Below are positions 1 through 8,100 of a stretch of DNA of 32,000 bases, piece after piece; position 1 is the stretch's first letter, and every line of letters starts with the position of its first letter. The position numbers and the translations under genes were made by a program. The DNA comes from Delftia acidovorans NBRC 14950 (GTDB taxonomy: Bacteria; Pseudomonadota; Gammaproteobacteria; Burkholderiales; Burkholderiaceae_C), in the NCBI RefSeq assembly GCF_001598795.1, contig NZ_BCZP01000019.1, forward strand, positions 1 to 32,000, written 5' to 3'. The notes under the pieces were generated by a model, which was not told the origin of the DNA, searched no databases, and saw nothing but the letters and a program-made list of their open reading frames with translations.

Positions 1-746
1 GTGGCCGCGAGCCGATACCCGGCCTGCTGCTGCAGCGCGCCGTACGGCAACACCGCGCGCATGGACTGCGCCGGCAGGCCGCCGGCCAGGAAATAGGTCT
101 TGTCTGCCATCACGAACACGCCAGCCTCCACGGCCGCGATGCAGGTGATGGGCGCCGGGAAAATCTCGAAGCCCCGCGACTCGTCGCGCAGGCCCGGGGT
201 AAAGGGCTCGCTGTAGATCAGCGCCGAGCCCACGGCCACCAGCAGCCGGCCGCCCTGGTAGGCGACGCTGCTGCCTGCAGGCATGACCGAGAACTGCACG
301 TCGCCCACAACCTGCGGCTGCGCATCGAGCCAGCGCGGGGTCGGGCCGGGCACGGGGTGATACGAGCCGACGCGGATGCCGTCGGTGAAGTACACGGCCT
401 CGTTGACCTCGCAGTACACGACTGGCGTGACCCGGCCGTATCCCGCGGCGACCTGGGTGCGCGCAGCGGCGCCAGCAGCATCCACATCGATCCGGAAGAT
501 GTCGCCGCTGTCGCAGTACAGGCCATACGAGCCATCGAGCGGCGACCAGCCCGAATGGCAGTCCAGGCCCTGCTCCGCCAGCGCATACCCGGCCCGCGTC
601 TTGAGAGAGCCCTGGGCCGTCACATCGACGTTGAGCGCATCACGCAGCAGGTGGCCGGCGCCCTCGGGCAACCCGAGCTTGAAGTCGGGCGCGCGGTTGT
701 CCATTCCGAGGGGGAACGGGCCGATGGGCTTGGGGGTGGATGGCAT
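1..746 (-). CDS. Hypothetical phage structural (virion/tail-region) protein, N-terminal part. The ORF runs off the left edge.
   Basis: It has no stop in the window, so it is not in the supplied track. My translation from ATG 746 reads MPSTPKPIGPFPLGMDNRAPDFKLGLPEGAGHLLRDALNVDVTAQGSLKTRAGYALAEQGLDCHSGWSPLDGSYGLYCDSGDIFRIDVD... Third codon positions are G/C-rich and the frame stays open to position 1. An in-frame TAG lies 42 nt upstream. ORFs 357..890(+), 376..777(+) and 218..586(-) are shadow frames of this gene. Confidence 0.6.
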   Translation of the reverse strand, partial: MPSTPKPIGPFPLGMDNRAPDFKLGLPEGAGHLLRDALNVDVTAQGSLKTRAGYALAEQGLDCHSGWSPLDGSYGLYCDSGDIFRIDVDAAGAAARTQVAAGYGRVTPVVYCEVNEAVYFTDGIRVGSYHPVPGPTPRWLDAQPQVVGDVQFSVMPAGSSVAYQGGRLLVAVGSALIYSEPFTPGLRDESRGFEIFPAPITCIAAVEAGVFVMADKTYFLAGGLPAQSMRAVLPYGALQQQAGYRLAA

Positions 747-776
747 GGCCCGCAGTTTCCCGGGCGTGCATCCATA

Positions 777-796
777 GGTCGAACCCTAGCCGGGGC
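777..796 (-). promoter_or_regulatory. Conserved intergenic motif, copy 1 (minus strand GCCCCGGCTAGGGTTCGACC)
   Basis: The plus-strand AACCCTAG core is at 782..789, exactly 36 nt from the A of ATG 746. Copies 2 and 4 have the same spacing. Confidence 0.55.
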
Positions 797-914
797 ACGC
801 GCTCCGCGAAAGTGTGCGACCAATTACATTTTCATTACTCCAATAGTTAGCAACGTAATAGTTGGCTTAATAAGCAATAGGCTTCCTTGATGAATCCACC
901 ACCCAATAGGGGGA

Positions 915-954
915 TTCTAAAAATGCATGAGCAAAACTATATTAGCATGCATGA
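915..954 (+). promoter_or_regulatory. Candidate sigma70-type promoter for the discoidin gene, bracketed by two ATGCATGA boxes
   Basis: TTCTAA (915..920), a 17-nt spacer, then TATATT (938..943). The direct repeat ATGCATGA occurs at 923..930 and 947..954, and each copy contains the palindrome ATGCAT. GGAGG at 966..970 precedes ATG 982. The -35 match is weak. Confidence 0.3.
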
Positions 955-981
955 CTTCACACACTGGAGGAGTAGTTGCAA

Positions 982-1722
982 ATGAAATATTTCAAGTTGG
1001 CTGCGGTGGCAATTGGTTCGGCGGCTGCACTGATAACGTCGAGCGCTTTTGCTCAGTACACCGGGGTCCTGCTACCCATCCAAATAACCAATGCCTCGGG
1101 CAATTTAGCAGACATGACCAAAGCCGCTGATGGAAATCCAAACACGGCATGGAATTCCGGTGGACCAGCAACTCAATGGATCGATATTGATCTGGGATCA
1201 GATCGAATGTTTTCAACTCTCCGCATGCTACCTTCGCAAAACCCAGCTGGCGGCACTACTCACAAGATTTGGGGGAGAAATGAAGCTGGAGCTTGGTTCA
1301 TCTTTGGTGAAGTTTCGAAGCTTACCCAAGACAACAAATGGATTGAGTTCAACAACATGATAGAGACCCCAGTAAGGTTTATCGTCGTTGAGACGACCAA
1401 CTCTCCATCCTGGGTTGCATGGCGTGAGTTTCAAGTATTCGATGGGGGTGAACTTCGCGAAAGTTGCTTCTCGAACGACTACAACCAAGGTTGGGTTCTC
1501 TACTCAGCATCAGGTCCAAGCGATAGATGCGCGCACACTCAAGGGAAATATCTCTACAAATTCCGCGACGTGAGCCAGCAACGATCTGGCACACGTGTCT
1601 TTGCTTGCTCCACTGCCTACACTTATGGCTGGAGCATAGTTCCAGGCGGAGCCCCAGGCAACTCCAACGGACGCTGCTCCGCATTCCAATCAAATAGACT
1701 TTATGTACTGGAGCGTGATTGA
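982..1722 (+). CDS. Secreted F5/8 type C (discoidin-like, carbohydrate-binding) domain protein with a Cys-containing C-terminal domain. Cargo (moron) gene.
   Basis: ATG 982 follows GGAGG. The signal peptide is MKYFKLAAVAIGSAAALITSSAFA/QY. The discoidin-like pattern reads ...AADGNPNTAWNSGGPATQWIDIDLG...RMLP...IWGRNEAGAWF...VRFIVVETTNSPSWVAWREFQVF. G+C is about 48% on a sampled line. The gene is on the opposite strand to the structural genes. Confidence 0.8.
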   Translation: MKYFKLAAVAIGSAAALITSSAFAQYTGVLLPIQITNASGNLADMTKAADGNPNTAWNSGGPATQWIDIDLGSDRMFSTLRMLPSQNPAGGTTHKIWGRNEAGAWFIFGEVSKLTQDNKWIEFNNMIETPVRFIVVETTNSPSWVAWREFQVFDGGELRESCFSNDYNQGWVLYSASGPSDRCAHTQGKYLYKFRDVSQQRSGTRVFACSTAYTYGWSIVPGGAPGNSNGRCSAFQSNRLYVLERD

Positions 1723-1816
1723 GCATAAAAGTACACAAGCAACAGCGCGCAGGGATTCGCCGTTATAGCTTGGTTAGGACTTGCTGGACTGCTGAGGGCA
1801 TGGCTACCATGCGTCT

Positions 1817-2107
1817 ATGCCCGGCATCATCTTCTGGCTGCTCGTGATCGCAGCCATCCTCTTCTTCAAGCTGACCACGCCCGCCGAGCGCCGCTCGATG
1901 ATCGAGGCCTACTGGCTGATCATCATCGGGCTCGGCGCCGTGGGCTTCATCTGGCAGCTCCGGCGGAAGGTCATCCGTTTCATTACCGTGCCTCTGCAGC
2001 CATCTCCCGCATTTGCTGTCGCAGCGCCTTTGGCGAGTTGTCCGCGATACGGTCGATCCGATCCTTGCCCATCTCGCGCACCTTCTTCCACACGTCGGGC
2101 ATCTTGA
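1817..2107 (+). CDS. Small predicted two-TM membrane protein. Its 3' tail overlaps the end of the giant gene.
   Basis: The sequence MPGIIFWLLVIAAILFFKLTTPAERRSMIEAYWLIIIGLGAVGFIWQLRRKVIRF contains two hydrophobic helices. Third positions are almost all G/C for about 57 codons. Codon bias then collapses where the frame overlaps 1983..2107. Confidence 0.5.
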   Translation: MPGIIFWLLVIAAILFFKLTTPAERRSMIEAYWLIIIGLGAVGFIWQLRRKVIRFITVPLQPSPAFAVAAPLASCPRYGRSDPCPSRAPSSTRRAS

Positions 2108-5100
2108 CGACGATGGGCTGCTCTGGATTGTTCTGGTTCCAATCGGCCAGCCGTGCGCGCACGCGCGCCAGGGCGCCCTCATCCTTGCGGAACAGCGCAT
2201 CCGCCCACTGCGCCTTTATCTCGCTGCTGGTCAGGCTGTAGAAGCTCTTGGAACGCTGCATGAAACTGTTGGCTTCCTGAATCTCAGCCACGCTCTTGGG
2301 CTGAAAGCCGACAGCCTTGGCCACCGCCTCGGCCAGCGTGGTGTCGATCACCTTGTAGCCCTTGGTGTCCTTGTACATGCCGCTGGCGGCCATGTCCGCG
2401 CCCTTGAACGCATTGCGCACCGCCGTGGGAGACACCTCCAGCGCGGCTCGGCCCGCTGCGGACGGATCCAGGTTCATCACGCCACCCACCAACTCGCGCC
2501 CTGCCGCGAAGCCGCGGGACACCAGATCGCCCGCCGGCCCCACCACCTCGAGCAGATCCCGTTCCCGGCTTTGCTTGGTCAGCAGCAGGCCGGTGCCGGG
2601 CAGCAGGTTGCCCATGCCCAGGCGCCCGGAAACATCGATGGGCGCGCCTGGCAGGCCCGAGACACCCTGCTCAAGGAACTCGGTCAGCTCCTTGCCCACG
2701 ATGCTGGCCAGCGCCTCCTTGCGCCACTGCTTGGAACTGAGGTTGTAGCCCATCATCTGGCCCACGCCGTCGATAAGGTCCTCGGCGTCCTCCATGAAGG
2801 GCACGCCGCCGGCGCCGCCCATCAGCAGCAGCATGGCAAGGGCCCAGCCCACCGCGCGCTTGCCCTCCGGGCCGCCCTGCTTCCACATCCGCTGCATCAG
2901 CTCCAGGTAGCTGACGGAATAGGTCTTGAAGACGAACAGCGTGCCGCCCACGGCGCCGCGTGCCCACTGGGGCTTGTTGGCCTTGGAATAGACGAACTGG
3001 GTCTCCAGCACGGCCTTGCGCGCGAAGGCGCCCGGATCATCCATGCCCTGTGCCTTGGCGATGCGGAAGGCCGCGATGAAGGTAGAGCGCCGGTTGAACT
3101 GCTCGGCCAGGGCGAAGGGCTGGCCCCAGGCCACCTTGGCGCGTTCCCAGGCATTGCCGGCCGCCGCGCGCGCATCGCCGGCCCGCGTACCGTCGCCAGA
3201 GCGCAGGCCGCCCGCGCCGCGCGCCTGGGCCATGAGCTGGTGCACTTCCTGCGGCGAGACCACGCCGTCGTCTTCGGCAGTTTGCAGGGCATGGGCCAAG
3301 TCCGTCTCATAGCGGAAGCTCTTGTCCATCCAGGATCGACGCATATCGTTCAGTGCCCGTGTCATTTGGCCGCTGGCCGCGCGCATGCCCCCGAACTGGC
3401 TGAGCCAAGGCAGCGTCACGGCAAAGGGCTGGGTCATGTTGACCACGGCCGAAGCCAGTGAGCCGCCCAGGTACTGCGCGAACAGCATCCCGCGCACGGC
3501 CTGGCCCTCTTCCTGGGGATCGCGGATGTAGCTGCGCAGGCCCATGGCCAGGTCCTTCAGCTCCCCCTGCTCCTTCGGGATGTCGTTGATCGCACGGTCC
3601 ATGGTGCCGGCATTCAGGCCCGCCGCGCCCTGGCGCGCATTGCTGTAGATGAAGTTGGCCACCACGCGGCCCACGTCTTGGCTGTAGCCCTCGATGCCCT
3701 TGCGCTGGATCAGGCGCTTGAGCGCGCTGTGGTTGTTCTTGGTCAGCTTCAGGTATTCATCGAACACCTTGCGCGTGGCCGCGTCGGCTTCCTTGCCCAC
3801 GACCATGTCCTTGAAGATCTCCAGTGTCTCGGGAGTGATGCCCGCGAACAGCTTGAAGGACTGCTGGCTCATGGTGCCCTGCGTGATCACTGCGCCAGGG
3901 AAGGCCTGGGCCATCTGGATCTTGGCCAGGTTGGCGTCCTTCATGGTCTCGTACATGCCGAAGTACTGACGGTTGCCCTCCTGGTCCACCACGTCCAGCG
4001 TGTACCGGCCGAAACGCGACAGCGGCGCATACCCGCCGTCCTGCAGATCCTTGGCCGTGGCCGCCCGGTCCACCACCATGTTGTTCAATTGCAGCAGCCG
4101 TTCGGCCATGTCAGGCTTGGCCTTGGCATCCTCCTGCAGCGTGGTGGTCAGCAACTCCAGGGCATCGGCCAGCTTGGGTGCGTCCAGCACCATGTCACGC
4201 ATCCCGGCGTACTCGTCGCCCAGCGCGCGCATCATGTCCGCGCGGGCCGTCATGTCGATGGAGCGGTCGATGGCCGCGCGGGCTTCGCGGTACAGGGCAA
4301 TCTGATTGGGCGTGGCGCCGAACATCGTCTGCAACTCGGCATCCGTCCAGACCGCTCCGGCCTTGAGCATCTTGCTTTCGAAGCGAGAATTCACCAGCGC
4401 TTCGTACTGGGCCAGCGGCAACCCGCGCCAGTCGCGCAGCATGCGGTCGTCCAGGCGGCCGGCGCGCAGCAGCAGCTGGGCCTTGTCGTCGGCGGGCAGG
4501 TTGCCGTACTTCTTGGCCAGCTCGTCCACCAGCACGGCCTTGCCGTCCACATCCCGGCCCCACAGCAGCGTGCCCTCGAAAAGCGGCTTGGCCACGGCCT
4601 TATTGTCGGCCGCCGAGACAGGGGTCTTGCGATTCTTGCCCACGAGGTCGCTGATGGTGTCCACGCGCGGGAGCAGGCGCGGCGCCCGGTCGGCCGCGTC
4701 GTTTGCCAGCATGGACACGTCATCGATGTTGCGCTGGGCGGTCTCGTAGACCGGCTTGAAGGCTGGCGCCCGCTCAGCCAAGTGGCGCATGGTGCCGACG
4801 GTCTTGTCCCAAACAGAGACCTTGCCTGGGTGGGACATCGTCTTCTGGAGCTGGTCCAGAGCGCTGTCCTTGATCTCGGCCAACCGGGAGCGGCTGAACA
4901 TGAGGTCTTCACCACCATCTCGGCCGGCGGCCTCCCGCGTGTTGATCTGCAGGAGGCCCCGCAGTACACTGGCCACTTCTCCTGAGGTGACCTTGCCGGT
5001 GTGCCCGGATGCCGCGACAGCTGCATCGGTCCCGGAATCCCTGGCCCTCAGGAGATTTTCTTTTGTGATGACGCTATGCAAGTACATGCGCTGCGTCTCC

Positions 5101-8100
5101 GGGTTGCGGTGCACCAGCACTGTCAAGATGTCATCGGCCCCCTTGATACGCACCGGCGCGCTCACAAAGAAGCTGTCCTGGTTGCTCTGCGTGGCCTGCA
5201 TCACGACCACGCCCTTCTCCAATACGTCCTTCACAGCTGCGAAGCCAGCTGCCTTGAACGGATTCATACCGTGCGCCATGCTGTCGCGGACAGCACGCTC
5301 ATCCAGCACCACGGCACCCAGTTCGGGATTCACGGCCTGGCCACCAGCATCGCGGAACATTTTGGCCGCCCAGGCACGCAGCAGCGGATAGCCCTGGGGC
5401 GCCTCATCCCCGCGCAGCACGGCCACGGGCTCGCCCTGCAGCACGCGAGCCTTGTCCACCAACGACATCTCGGCCACGCCACGGCTGAATGACGGTTCGA
5501 TGCGATCGGTCGCGGCGCGCTGCCCGCGCTCCACAAACTCGCGCGCCGGCAGGATGTAGCCCTGGATGATGTCGGCGTCCGAGAGCTTCAGCCCCCTGAA
5601 CCCGGGCACGTTGGCCCGCAGCCAGTTGCGGATGGCGGCCACGGCCCGGCGCACGAAATGCAGCTGCGGCGTCTTCTCGGCCATCTCGGCCAGCACTTCC
5701 TCGGCCGCGTGGCGCCGGCTCAGATCCGTGACGCCGCGCAGCCCATATTCCTTGATCTTGGCCGCCACTTCGGCATGGCGCATGGTGGCCACCTGGTTGA
5801 GGATCTTGTTCAGTTCCGGCCCGAACATGCCGCGCAGGCCGTGGTGGCCCAGCACCTCGTGGTGCAGCACGCGGGCCGCGTCGGTGGGCGTGTTCAGCTT
5901 GCTGGCCAGCAGGTAGGCGCGGCCTTTCCAGTAGAAGCCCTCGGGCGCGCCACTGGCGCCGCCGCTGCGCTGGCGCAAATCCGCGCGCCGCGCTGCCTCG
6001 GGCACGGCCGGGTCGTTCATGTCGAAGGCCACCACGACTTCCGGCCCGTTGCTCCAGCCCTTGCGGATGGCGTCCACCGTCTCACGCACCTGCCCCACGG
6101 CCTGGGCCCGCGCCGCATCCGAAAACGCCGCAGGCTCGGGCCGCATGATGCGCAGCAGGTTGGCCATCTGGTCATCGGTCAGGCCCTGACCATCGGCTTT
6201 GCCGCGCCGGAACGGCAGTTCCTCGGTGCGCTCCGCCGGCCCGGCCTTCAATTCGCGTGCGCTGGGTGGCGTGGCATGGGTGCGCTCGCGCACGCCCGGC
6301 ACATCCTCCCAGCCAGAGCCCTGCTTCTCCACCTGGCGCACCGTCACGCTCCAGACGCCATCGGCGTTGGCCGGCGTGTACGAGACCACGCGGACATGGC
6401 TATCCCCGTAGCCCTTCACGATGTTGCCCGGGGTGAAGTAGTCGGCGCGCGCCGCTTCCTCAGCGGCTGCCTTCTTGGCCAGGACGCCGCGAGGCTTTGG
6501 CTTGGCTGCTGCAGCAGAGGCCGGAGCCGCAGCCTGGACTGCACCCTCGCTGGTCGTGGAGCTGGGGAACTCGCGCGCGGTGCCCAGCAGTTCGCGGATG
6601 GGCGCATCCAGCCGGATCACCTTCACGTCCTCGCCGGCTTCGCGCGCAGCCAGCCACTGGTGGTGGCCGTCGAGCACATGCCCGTCGCGCGAGACCAAGA
6701 TGGACCGATTCCCACCCTCGAAACCTTTGGCCCGTGCCACGCGCTCGCGGCTGAATTCCGCCTGCGTGGGCTTGAGGCTGGAGGCCGGCACACTCTCTTC
6801 CTGGTGCGCAATGCCGCGGGCATTCATGAAGTTGACCATGGCGCCGCGATGCTCGGCCCGGATCTGCGGCATCTCCGCACGCGGCACGCCGATGGAGCCC
6901 GAGTCGCGGGAGAACTTGGCCCAGCCGTCGCCCAGGTCGCGGCCTTCCACGGAACGTACTGGCGCGCGGCCAGCAGGTGCTGCAGGTGCTGCAGCAGCAT
7001 CGGGCATGGCGGCGGCCAGCTTCTCTCGAACCTTGGGCGCCAGGTCAGCCCAGGCGCGCGTGTGCGAGGATGCCCGCGCCAGAGCGTTCAAGCCCTTGGC
7101 AGTCTTCGCCACAGCCTGGCGCTCGGCCGCCGGCATGCTGGTCCAGCGCTCGCTGGCGGCCAGCAGCTGGGCGCGCCGCGCGTCGTTCCCTTCCTTGGCG
7201 ATGGCCACGGCCTGCTGCTGACCCACCGTGGGCGCTGGTGCAGCGGCAGGCGCTACAGCGGCAGCCTGTTCGCTGGCGCCACTTCGGCCAGGTACAGCAG
7301 ATTGCACGCTGGCAGCAGGCTGTCCGGCACTGCCACCTCGCGGCCCAGCAGGCTGTGCATCTGCCGCGCGTCCTGCCGGCTGACCGCCCCCAGCCGCCGC
7401 AGCAGCCGCAGGGCCTGCTGGGCGTTCATCTGCCAGCCGTACTGCAGGTGCGGTTGAATCATCGGTTGCTCCTTGAGGTTGCATGGCGTCAGCAAGACGG
7501 AGCTGCAGCTCCGCATTCAGGTTCTCCCAGCGCGCGCCGTGGAGACTGCCTTTGATGGCAGCATTTACACCGCCCACACGCTTGGCCAGTGCCTTGCGCT
7601 CCGCGGTGGGCATGCTGGCCCAGGCCGCGCGCCCGGCGTCGATGCGCTGGGCAGGGGTTTGGACTGGCGCTTGAGCCTGCGAGCCTGGCGCTGCAGCTGC
7701 TTGCGCGCCATCGTGCTGAGACGAGGTGGTGCCATTGCTCAGCCCCTGCGCAGCTGCAGGACCTGCAACCGGCGCTCCCTGCGCTCCTGCTGCCTGCGAA
7801 GATTCCGCGCGCGGCGGCTGGGCTTGATCGGCTTGTGTGCCATCGATGCTTCCTTGCTTGGGGGTGGTGGATGTGGGCGCAGGCGCGGTGGCACGGGCCT
7901 GCTGCTCGCGCTCAGCGCGGCGCCGCTGCAGCTCGTTGGCCAGCGGCATGCGGACTTCCTTGGCCTGGGCTGAGCGGAAGGCATTCGACAGGTCCTCATC
8001 CGTCCAGGTGGCCAGGGCCCCGCCCTGGATCTCGCCGGTGGCAGGGTCTGCAGTTACCCGGCGCTCGGATGCCTTCTTCTTGGCTGGCGCGCGTGCAGCT

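Noticed and set aside
777-796. The conserved motif as a tRNA fragment or attachment-site core, because it contains GGTTCGA, which is T-loop-like
   Set aside because: No complementary T-stem or acceptor sequence flanks it. It occurs four or five times inside the phage, always upstream of genes at a fixed distance. An att core would not behave this way.
357-890. Track ORFs 357..890(+), 376..777(+), 218..586(-) and 620..823(-) at the left edge
   Set aside because: All are alternative frames of the open-ended minus-strand gene 1..746, which is the only frame with protein-like sequence and G/C-rich third positions. The 357..890 ORF also runs through the AT-rich intergenic region.
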